Positions 39,638 through 47,785 of a DNA stretch of 64,000 nucleotides are shown here, piece by piece. Positions within the stretch are counted from its first letter, which is position 1, and every line of letters begins with the position of its first letter. The position numbers and the translations under genes were made by a program. The DNA comes from an uncultured bacterium (GTDB lineage Bacteria; Babelota; Babeliae; Babelales; Vermiphilaceae): the NCBI GenBank assembly GCA_963713925.1, contig OY970212.1, positions 640,001 to 704,000 of the forward strand, given 5' to 3'. Under the pieces are notes generated by a model that saw only the letters and a list, made by a program, of their open reading frames with translations, did no database searches and had not been told where the DNA came from.

Positions 39638-39771
39638 CAAGGGTTGGTTGTCATGCCGAACTTGTTTCAGCACCAAGGTTAAGTAGATCCTGAAATAAAT
39701 TCAGGATGACGTAACAATAAGGAACTTCTGGGATTTTCGGATAAGCTCTAAAATAAATGGGAAATCAAAGA

Positions 39772-40290
39772 TTATTGCTTATAAGCCACATGTGCTTTTG
39801 AAATCACATCGAGCGCCGTCTTTTTATCATGCCAATCCCTGACTGTGCACGATTTGCCGGCCTCAAGTTGTTTATAGGTAGCAAAGAAGTGCTGAATTTC
39901 TCGTTTAAGCTGCGAGTTAACTTGATCGATGCTCTCTATGTGTCCATAATAGGGATCATCTTGCGCAACTGCCAAAATCTTCCAATCGTGGCCCGCTTCG
40001 TCTTCCATATCAAGTGCGCCGATAGGGCGTGCTTTCAAAACGCAGCCGGGAAATGTTGGCTGGGTAATGAGCACTAAGATATCAACATGATCCCCATCGT
40101 CGGAGCGTGTTTGCGGGATAAATCCATAATCACTCGGATAAAAGAGAGTTGAATGAAGCACGCGGTCAAGATGGATCAATTCGGTATCTTCATTATATTC
40201 ATATTTGTTTCGCGATCCGCGCGGGATTTCAATCACAACGTTGACTGATTCCGGGAATTTATTACCGATGGTGAGTTTTGAAAACGACAT
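39772..40290 (-). CDS. ppa: Inorganic pyrophosphatase (family I)
   Basis: IEIP.GSRNKYE, YP.DYGFIPQT..DDGD..D, DEAG.DWK. Confidence 0.96.
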   Translation of the reverse strand: MSFSKLTIGNKFPESVNVVIEIPRGSRNKYEYNEDTELIHLDRVLHSTLFYPSDYGFIPQTRSDDGDHVDILVLITQPTFPGCVLKARPIGALDMEDEAGHDWKILAVAQDDPYYGHIESIDQVNSQLKREIQHFFATYKQLEAGKSCTVRDWHDKKTALDVISKAHVAYKQ

Positions 40291-40389
40291 TTTAACTGTC
40301 CCCTTGTTCTTCGACTTGTTAAGCCATAGCCCTTATCGGGCGACGGCGAAAGCCCCCATTTTTAAATGGAGCGAAAGTAGAATTTAAGC

Positions 40390-40426
40390 AAAATCAGGAG
40401 CAGTTTTATCTGCTCCTGATTTTTTT
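40390..40426. terminator. Hairpin terminator downstream of the nucleotide translocase
   Basis: AAAATCAGGAGCAG-TTTTAT-CTGCTCCTGATTTT. Confidence 0.7.
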
Positions 40427-40474
40427 ATAACGATCCAATTTTAATATAAATTATTTGAATTCGGTTCAAATAAT

Positions 40475-41896
40475 TTACTCAACAATCTTACCTTCTTTGG
40501 TCAATTGAGCATTCTTACGACCAACATACAATGCTGCGGCCATCCAAATACCCACAAGGCCAAATCCGATGAATGTACCATACATCATCAAGTCGCCGAG
40601 ATTGTGTTTGAACATATCGCTCACACGTGCACCGCCCGCTTTTGACATACGGCCACCGAACATATCAATCCAACCTTTTGATTTGAATTTAGCATCTTTG
40701 CTGGTTGGGATGTACATCATTTCTTTGGTTGGGTTACTGACTGCATATGAAAGACCTTTTGCAAGCATCATCACACCAAAAGTAGCCCACAGGAGTTGGC
40801 CTGCGTCTGGAGAGGTTAAGAAATAACCATAGAGAATTGCAAGCGCAACGCCCAAGCAAGTAGGGAACACAAGCAATGAGAAGGTCAAGCCATATTTTTT
40901 AATAATGTAGCTGGTTCCAAGCAATGCCATAACAAGCGCAAGTCCGTTGGTTGCCATTCCGTAGATTGAGAGGAATTGTTGGAAGTTTTCTTTCAACCCG
41001 TAGACTGGGTGAAGGGAAGCTTGAGACTTCATTTGGTAGTCAACGATAGTGTTGATCACTTCGTAGAAAGTTGAAACAACCAAAATACCGAGCAAATAAC
41101 CGCGAGTTAAGAGCAATTTGATACCTGCCAAGAATCCTTCAAGGAATCCTTCTTTTTTCTTTTCCGTAGCATGAGCAGTTTTGTTACCCAAACGTTCATT
41201 TTCGGGAATGACAGTCATGAACATGTTGATTGCAAACATAATAGCAAATAAGCACAGTGTGCAGAGCAAGAATAATTGCCATGGTCCGACAAAGTAGTTC
41301 AATGCTGATCCCGCAATCGCCCCAAATTGTCCCAAGGCGATGATCATCGGATAACCCTTTTTAGCGCTGTCTGCAGTGATCACACTTGCGCAGAAAGACC
41401 AGAAAAGAGCAACCAAGATTGATCCGAAAGATTCAATGGCAAAATAAGAAACCCAGCCAATTGCAGCAAGTGTTGTTTTTCCAAGGTATGCGCTACCATA
41501 TTGCGCTTGTAAGAACAAGCCGGCAACAACGCCACCAAAAATGAGAGCGTAGAATCCGCAGAGAATGTAAAACAATTTGTGTTTTTCAAATAAGTCAACG
41601 AGCTTGGAATAGACAATAACGAGCGCAAACACTACAACAACGGATAGTGTTTTTGCGAGTGGTTGGTAAAGTTGACCTTGGTGTGCAGCCCATCCGAGCT
41701 CAGCAGGGAAAGCGAGTTTGAAGAAAATTACGTCTTTTAACAAACGGACAGCCCAATAGGCGCCGATTGTAAAAAAGAATGCAAGTGCTAATATCCCGAA
41801 CTTTTTAATTTCGTCTTTTCGTAAGTCGGGATAAAAGTAGGTAACCATACTCGTAAACATAGTGTTCTCACCTTTCCAAGGCAGATTATAAATCAA
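40475..41896 (-). CDS. Npt1/Npt2 (TLC) family ATP/ADP or nucleotide translocase
   Basis: Multi-TM protein with R.LKD, LFW, K...Y....PTKEMMYIP and K.K.WID.FGGR..KAGG; start probably MFTSM. Confidence 0.9.
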   Translation of the reverse strand: MIYNLPWKGENTMFTSMVTYFYPDLRKDEIKKFGILALAFFFTIGAYWAVRLLKDVIFFKLAFPAELGWAAHQGQLYQPLAKTLSVVVVFALVIVYSKLVDLFEKHKLFYILCGFYALIFGGVVAGLFLQAQYGSAYLGKTTLAAIGWVSYFAIESFGSILVALFWSFCASVITADSAKKGYPMIIALGQFGAIAGSALNYFVGPWQLFLLCTLCLFAIMFAINMFMTVIPENERLGNKTAHATEKKKEGFLEGFLAGIKLLLTRGYLLGILVVSTFYEVINTIVDYQMKSQASLHPVYGLKENFQQFLSIYGMATNGLALVMALLGTSYIIKKYGLTFSLLVFPTCLGVALAILYGYFLTSPDAGQLLWATFGVMMLAKGLSYAVSNPTKEMMYIPTSKDAKFKSKGWIDMFGGRMSKAGGARVSDMFKHNLGDLMMYGTFIGFGLVGIWMAAALYVGRKNAQLTKEGKIVE

Positions 41897-42283
41897 TCAT
41901 TTTTTCAAAAATGGATGATTTATGTAATGTTATTAATTCTATTAACTTAAGATAGTTTACAGGGAATTTTCCATTCTGCAAAGAAATTTCAGCGGAGTAG
42001 GGCTTTAACGGTCGAGGTTTTCAGACTGAAAAGATCAACGCCGGACCCCCGATTTAATTATAGGATCAGAATGCAAGCCACTCCAATCAATCCATAATGA
42101 GATTGGGCAAAATAATGCGATTTTGATCTTTTGGTGAGGTTGCGAGGTCCCTAATTGAGTTTTTTTAACGAAATTGGGGTTTAATTGTCACTTTGGGGTG
42201 TACATCTTTGTATCTTATGGTACAATTAATGAAAATTGTAAAAAATTTATGACTCACGTCTATTTCTCTTCAGGATATATCAT

Positions 42284-42649
42284 ATGAAAGCGGCAAAAAC
42301 GACCCGTCAATTGACCACAAGCGATTCAATCCCGTCATTTGACAAATATGCCATTTTTAAGACCGGCGGTAAGCAATATCAAGCTATCGAAGGCAAAACT
42401 GTTGCTATTGAAAAAATCGAGGGTGAAAATGGTGCTACCCTTGAATTTAAAGAAGTATTGTTCAAAAAATCAGGTGACAGCAAGTTCGAAGTGGGCACCC
42501 CATTCTTGAGCTCCCCGGTAAAAGCTTCTATCGTTAAGCAAACCCGCGGGCCAAAAGTGATCGCCTTCCGCTTCAAACGCCGTCACAAAGTTCGCGTCAA
42601 ACGCGGCCACCGTCAAGATTTGACCGTGATTCGCATCGAAAGCATCTAA
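42284..42649 (+). CDS. rplU: 50S ribosomal protein L21
   Basis: YAIFKTGGKQY, VGTPF and RGHRQ.LT.IRI. Confidence 0.95.
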   Translation: MKAAKTTRQLTTSDSIPSFDKYAIFKTGGKQYQAIEGKTVAIEKIEGENGATLEFKEVLFKKSGDSKFEVGTPFLSSPVKASIVKQTRGPKVIAFRFKRRHKVRVKRGHRQDLTVIRIESI

Positions 42650-42652
42650 GTT

Positions 42653-42682
42653 AAAAAACCTCGGCCAAAACCGAGGTTTTTT
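42653..42682. terminator. Bidirectional intrinsic terminator
   Basis: AAAAAACCTCGG-CCAAAA-CCGAGGTTTTTT between convergent genes. Confidence 0.85.
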
Positions 42683-42695
42683 GTTGTCTTATTTT

Positions 42696-43562
42696 TCATC
42701 TTGCATAATCATTTGGTAGTCGATCATGAACCGCATACCAAGCAAGTGCGGCGGCAAAATAGCCCGAGATTGCAGTAAGCAAGCCGGTGCCAAAAATTGA
42801 TCCAACTGAGCTTATGAAATCAGCAATAAATGAGGCCTCTTGCTCTGCTATTGCTGGTGCGATTTTTGATATAAGCCACAAAGAGCCAATTGTAAGGCCA
42901 AGTAACAGCGGTAGCATTAGTAGTATGAGTAGAATATAGTTCAGCATCCATACAAAAAAAGCAATAATTGTTTTTGGCAGTGTAGTTGTCCATCGTTTAA
43001 AGGTTGCCATTAATGAACCAGTTTCAATAATGCTCATGGCAAATAGGTAATCGATTAGAAAAAAGACTGCGCCAGCCACCAATCCGGCTAATAATGCAAG
43101 TGCGAGTGTGCTTAGCGAACTAGTGACCAATAAATAAAACGCAAACAGTGTGAGTGTGCTTAGTGAACTATTGACCGTGTCATTAAATACAAACTTGTTT
43201 TGCCCTGTGAGCAAAACAAGTGCCCATCCCATCAAAAATAATATGGTTGCAAGAAGCATTGCAATACCAATTATATATATAAAACGATCAAAAAGTTGAT
43301 TAAAGGCAGTTTTGAAATGCGGTTGTTTTCCTTCAAAACGAACCTTTGCATAACAACAAGCAAGTGCTGCAAAAAGGAATTGAAAGAATAAGTGAATATT
43401 TGGGTAAGCGGTCTTAATATCGTTATATTGTGTGCCGGCAACCGTAAAAGCAAGGCTCAATATGACTGAAATCAGCAATAATATACCCGACATGTCTTTG
43501 AATGCGTGAGCAATGCTTTTACCAAATATCCGCTCGCTCTGTGAAAATGAAACCATTTTCAT
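42696..43562 (-). CDS. Multi-pass membrane protein
   Basis: About 6 hydrophobic helices; short internal SSLSTL duplication. Confidence 0.7.
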   Translation of the reverse strand: MKMVSFSQSERIFGKSIAHAFKDMSGILLLISVILSLAFTVAGTQYNDIKTAYPNIHLFFQFLFAALACCYAKVRFEGKQPHFKTAFNQLFDRFIYIIGIAMLLATILFLMGWALVLLTGQNKFVFNDTVNSSLSTLTLFAFYLLVTSSLSTLALALLAGLVAGAVFFLIDYLFAMSIIETGSLMATFKRWTTTLPKTIIAFFVWMLNYILLILLMLPLLLGLTIGSLWLISKIAPAIAEQEASFIADFISSVGSIFGTGLLTAISGYFAAALAWYAVHDRLPNDYAR

Positions 43563-43738
43563 ACATTTCCCCTCTGATAATTCACATACTTTCTCTGAAA
43601 GTGTAACAAAAGCGTCGATGTTGTCGCAAGAACATTGAACCCGCTCCGCGCGGGTGAGCGCCCATGCGTCGCCTTTCCACGCCTTCCGGCTTGGCAGGCT
43701 ATGCAGGCACGGCCAAAAGAAGGTGCTGTCACCTCCTT

Positions 43739-43810
43739 TTTACCATTTTCGGCCAGTCCTGTGGCCACTTGATAACCAAATAGGCCAAGGCCAATCACAC
43801 AAAATTTCAT
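43739..43810 (-). pseudogene. 5' fragment (24 codons) of a trkA homolog
   Basis: 66/72 nt identical to 48356-48427, then unrelated or repeat sequence. Confidence 0.85.
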
Positions 43811-44280
43811 AGTTCATTCCTATCATTGTTATACACTATGCTATCAATTGTAGGTGTTTTGCGTTCCGGTTGGCAAGTTTCTTCGGGCAAAGCGAAAATA
43901 TGAAGGTCACCGCTATCATCCCGTTGGATCATTATTCTTGAAGGGCGAATTTTTAGGGCATTTCCCCATTGTCTAAATGCATCAATTAATTGATCTCTTG
44001 TACATTTTAAGAAATTTTCGCATTGATTTTCCATCTCATCTAATTCACACCCAATTATTACATCAGTATCCCCTTCGCATTTGATAAATGCATAATTGTT
44101 ATAAAAGGATTTAAAACTGGGGCTAAGAAGATGGTTGATGTACTTTTCCACATCACCATACATCTCGCTAAAAAACTCGTAAAGATATAGTAAATTATTG
44201 CATGGATTATGATTTTTTGGGTAATAGTGATTGTTCAATGATTGCAAAAGCAATGTTTGCGTTTCGACATAAGACCCCAT
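43807..44280 (-). CDS. Putative immunity protein paralog 3
   Basis: Shares LYEFF, IIG, C..DQL....QW...LK..P..I..Q.D..GD.HIFALP with its neighbours. Confidence 0.7.
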   Translation of the reverse strand: MGSYVETQTLLLQSLNNHYYPKNHNPCNNLLYLYEFFSEMYGDVEKYINHLLSPSFKSFYNNYAFIKCEGDTDVIIGCELDEMENQCENFLKCTRDQLIDAFRQWGNALKIRPSRIMIQRDDSGDLHIFALPEETCQPERKTPTIDSIVYNNDRNEL

Positions 44281-44732
44281 TAATCGGTCTCCCGTTTTTC
44301 TGGCAAGGCAAAAATATGAAAATCACCATCATCATCTCGTTGGATCATGATTGGATGAGGTGCGTTTTTCAGGGCTTCTTTCCATTGTTGAAGCGCACTA
44401 ACGAGCTGATCTATTGAACATTCAAATGCCCAGTCTTCAGGCTCATCGGTATGCATACATCCCATGATCATTTTGTCCTTGGGAAGTTTTTCAATATATG
44501 AAAAATTGCCGTGTGTATAATCGTATGACGTGTTATGGAGCCAAGCAATTGCCCTATCGATGTGAGGACCAACATCATCTATCAAATAATAATAAAATAA
44601 TTTTAAATCAGCATGGTCTGCAAAAACTTTGTCATAGTGTTTGTTTTTATATTCTAAAATCATTTTTTGCATATTATTTTTCGATTTCCTTGTGATCAGG
44701 CAAAGCAAAAATATGAAAATCGCCATTTTCAT
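44280..44732 (-). CDS. Putative immunity protein paralog 2
   Basis: Same family motif; start probably at MQKMILE. Confidence 0.7.
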   Translation of the reverse strand: MKMAIFIFLLCLITRKSKNNMQKMILEYKNKHYDKVFADHADLKLFYYYLIDDVGPHIDRAIAWLHNTSYDYTHGNFSYIEKLPKDKMIMGCMHTDEPEDWAFECSIDQLVSALQQWKEALKNAPHPIMIQRDDDGDFHIFALPEKRETD

Positions 44733-45078
44733 CTTGTTGAAGTATGATTTTTTGAGGTTTATTTTTCAAAACATTCCTCCATTGTTGGAGAACATCAATG
44801 AGCTGCTGGGGTGTGCACTGCAGTGTGTTTTTGTATTGATCTTCATAATCGATAACAAGGTGGGAACCTATTATCATAGTATCTCCCTCACGTTCGATAA
44901 ATGTGAAGTCGGTTTGAGTATACTCAAAATCGGGGTTAGAAAAAATTTTAATATATTCATCAAATTCGTCAAAAATATCACGAAAAAATTCGTAAAGAAA
45001 TAATAAATTGTTATTTGGGTTATAATTGATTGGCTGATAATAGCGATTCTGAGATAGTTCTAAGATCAAATTTTCCAT
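44674..45078 (-). CDS. Putative cognate immunity protein
   Basis: Small acidic ORF overlapping the toxin stop codon. Confidence 0.72.
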   Translation of the reverse strand: MENLILELSQNRYYQPINYNPNNNLLFLYEFFRDIFDEFDEYIKIFSNPDFEYTQTDFTFIEREGDTMIIGSHLVIDYEDQYKNTLQCTPQQLIDVLQQWRNVLKNKPQKIILQQDENGDFHIFALPDHKEIEK

Positions 45079-47504
45079 TTTTCCAAGTCCGGGTATGAAG
45101 TGATGTGTTGTCCTATTTCCGAAAATACATTTCTTATTTCAATGCCACGGTTTGTGTATCCCGTTACAATGTATGCACGATCTTCTTTGGCAATTTTTTT
45201 AACTTTATCAAGTGATTCTAAAATCAGATCAAAAACTTCCGTAGGTGTTAAGTCGGAAGGAAACATTGTGTTTTTTGTACAAGTTTCACCCATATAAGTA
45301 ACTGCGCAACGGTATGTGCCGTCGGGAAAAGTTTGCGTTGTCCTAATATCAAAGACTTTTCCTATTTCGAGATTTTTTTGGTAATCATGGTGAAAGCCGC
45401 CCCATTTTTGAATTATCTTTCCCGAAGGCTTTTTGAATTTTGTTTGTTCAAATGCAAATACATGTTTTAATTGCTTTTCTGTGAAATATACCTTGTCAAA
45501 CGGTAGGTCGCTTCTATTTGCAAGATTATAAGAATCCTCTTTGAGTTTCAATAGCTCTTCAAACAGACATTCATCGGAAAATACATAGCTTTTAATAGGA
45601 ATATTTTTTTCTGGCCCCGGTCCTCCGGCTGCGGCAGTTCCCGCTTTTGCGGCAGCGGTTGCTTGAGCCGCCACGTTGACGGCCCTCTTGGCCTTATTCG
45701 CCGCTTCTTGCGTCAGGGCAATAGTTTGACCGACTTCGGCAACTTCGATGCCACCCAGTTGCATACCTGCTTGAATGGCAATAGAATCGGCTCCTTCTAT
45801 GATGGAAAAAGCATCCGGTTGTCCGGAAGAAAAAAAGCCCTTGAAAAAGTTTTTTACCTGATTGAAGAAACCTTTTGAGGTGTCGGCAGATTCAGCAAGC
45901 GCAGCGGCATCGACGGCGGCTAAGCCTTGCAAGGCCTTGCCTATTATTTTGCCCGAACCAAGCGTTAATACCGTTTCAGTTCCCAAGGCGAGCGATGCTT
46001 CCAAAAATTCTTCATTGCTCATGCTTGTTAGTTTTTCGCATACTTCCAGTTCAAAGTCTCTGAAATCAAATGATGCTTGTTTGGCGACTTCAATACCCGC
46101 CAACGGTCCTCGCAACACAGTTGTTCCGGCAATGACTCCCGCATTGAGGCAAAATTTAACCGCGACATATGAAATGACACCTGCAGCTCCTTGTGCAGTT
46201 TGAATCGGATGTTCAATCATGTTCCCAAAGCCTTCAAGACCTTGAAGAATCCCTTTTCCTATGCGCACGTAAGTGTTTCTGTTTGCGCGATTTTTCCACA
46301 AGGATTTGATGGAACTGGCAATCTTGTCGATGAGTTTTCCGGTTACGTCTAAACATCTGTCATTCCAATATTCATCGGGCCATTTTTTCAGTGCATCGGC
46401 AACGGCCCAACAATAATCAAGTGCGGCTCCCGTTAATCGATGTTGTGATTTTTCATTGCACGTCACGGCAGTGAACAGCATTTGGGAAAATTGAAACAGT
46501 TCTAATTCTTCATATTTGCGTGTTCGAGCAGCCAAATCACCGATTTGCAAAATTTCTTTGTGAAATGCATGTTGAAGCGCCGTGCCATATTTATGCTTTA
46601 ATAATTCGCAGTTTTTTTTCACGTCACCGAGAAATTCAGCAAACACATCCGACATCATATATTCCTGATATCTAAAATCTTGAGACTCTTCTTGAGCGCA
46701 TTGTGCCGCATGGCGTTCTTTCCAGGCTTCTTGAATGCATTCGGGCATGTCGTCGTAATCATCGGCGACCGCTTCGGGTCGATCATGATCTTCGATGCCG
46801 CCAATTTCGCGCGCGGATTGTTGAGTGGTGATTTGTCTGCTTTTTTCCCGCTCCGCTTGTTCGTCCAATCGCTTGGCGTTTTGTTTTGCTTCTTTTGAAA
46901 CATATTTATGAATTTTGCTCGATTGTAGTGCTGCCGCGACAGCGGGCATATAATCATGAAATCGCGGCATTGTTCTCAATGTTAAGATAAAGCGCGGATA
47001 TTCATACAAATGGAGCATTCCGTAAATTTTGCGTAAGTCATTATCATTAAAACATAAGGTTTGATTTCCTCTTGAAAACCAGGGGTATACATTGTTCTGG
47101 TGAGATCCGCGTGTGACAATGGTTCCAATTTGTTGTTCAGCCAATGCGTTCGCATAATTGTGAATATCCCAATCTTTACAAGCAGCGTGATTTTTTGAGA
47201 GCATCACCGAGCTTGGCAAAAAACGCAGGTATTGTGCTTGCGAAAGCGGAATGGGGTCCGGAATATGGAGCGTAACTTGATTGTGTCCATACACGTGGTT
47301 TTTCGTGTCATTGGCATGAAAAATGTGTTCTGAAGATTGATGAGTCGGCTGCTCAAAATTGTAATTTGGAATGACGGGGCTGAGATCAACCGGTTGATTA
47401 TCTTGATCACAAGAAATGCCGAACACAAGAAAGAGTAAAGAAAAAATAAAAATGTGCGTCATGCTACAAGCCATTAAGAGTTGTTTGTTTGACACACTAT
47501 ACAA
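45066..47504 (-). CDS. Polymorphic toxin-like secreted protein with a C-terminal bacterial EndoU RNase domain
   Basis: KHVF...GGFHHD...KNTMFPSD...G.T..G..I...ITSYP; signal/lipobox-like FGISC; Ala/Gly-rich pre-toxin helices. Confidence 0.82.
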   Translation of the reverse strand: MYSVSNKQLLMACSMTHIFIFSLLFLVFGISCDQDNQPVDLSPVIPNYNFEQPTHQSSEHIFHANDTKNHVYGHNQVTLHIPDPIPLSQAQYLRFLPSSVMLSKNHAACKDWDIHNYANALAEQQIGTIVTRGSHQNNVYPWFSRGNQTLCFNDNDLRKIYGMLHLYEYPRFILTLRTMPRFHDYMPAVAAALQSSKIHKYVSKEAKQNAKRLDEQAEREKSRQITTQQSAREIGGIEDHDRPEAVADDYDDMPECIQEAWKERHAAQCAQEESQDFRYQEYMMSDVFAEFLGDVKKNCELLKHKYGTALQHAFHKEILQIGDLAARTRKYEELELFQFSQMLFTAVTCNEKSQHRLTGAALDYCWAVADALKKWPDEYWNDRCLDVTGKLIDKIASSIKSLWKNRANRNTYVRIGKGILQGLEGFGNMIEHPIQTAQGAAGVISYVAVKFCLNAGVIAGTTVLRGPLAGIEVAKQASFDFRDFELEVCEKLTSMSNEEFLEASLALGTETVLTLGSGKIIGKALQGLAAVDAAALAESADTSKGFFNQVKNFFKGFFSSGQPDAFSIIEGADSIAIQAGMQLGGIEVAEVGQTIALTQEAANKAKRAVNVAAQATAAAKAGTAAAGGPGPEKNIPIKSYVFSDECLFEELLKLKEDSYNLANRSDLPFDKVYFTEKQLKHVFAFEQTKFKKPSGKIIQKWGGFHHDYQKNLEIGKVFDIRTTQTFPDGTYRCAVTYMGETCTKNTMFPSDLTPTEVFDLILESLDKVKKIAKEDRAYIVTGYTNRGIEIRNVFSEIGQHITSYPDLEKWKI

Positions 47505-47559
47505 CGGCTTGCGTGTTTGCGCAATTTGATCATAACTACTGAACGTGAATTGTAATGTA

Positions 47560-47768
47560 AAGTCTAATGAGGTTCACCGAACCAATGAAAGCGATTTAAT
47601 TAAAAAGTATGGCCTGCCCGCCGTAGTTTGCCAAGCCGGAACGCCTGGATAAACGTAGGCTGGGTGAGTTGAACCTCAAGGAATTTTTAAAACCTTGGTT
47701 TTAAACGCCCGAATTGCAAAAGGGTTGGCGAGAACCCTTTTGCCGCATGCTCTGCGCAGGAGCAAAAA
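47560..47768 (+). repeat. Structured repeat family D, copy 3, carrying a 52-bp family B insertion (47611-47662)
   Basis: Aligns with 20272-20431 apart from the insert. Confidence 0.8.
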
Positions 47769-47785
47769 AGTGACCGGGAGTCACT

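Larger units (their letters stand above)
38445..39641 (-). mobile_element. IS110-family insertion sequence (about 1.2 kb) bounded by CT core dinucleotides
   Basis: Ends defined by comparison with the empty MITE; core AG on plus at 38445-38446 and 39640-39641; subterminal IR TGTTAAAA/TTTTAACA. Confidence 0.92.
38411..39748. mobile_element. Second MITE copy, interrupted by an IS110
   Basis: 38411-38446 and 39642-39748 align with 5548-5583 and 5584-5690; TAA flanks at 38408-38410 and 39749-39751. Confidence 0.88.

Noticed and set aside
43559..43738. 83-aa ORF as a functional short TrkA
   Set aside because: Similarity ends after codon 24 and the remainder runs through repeat DNA.
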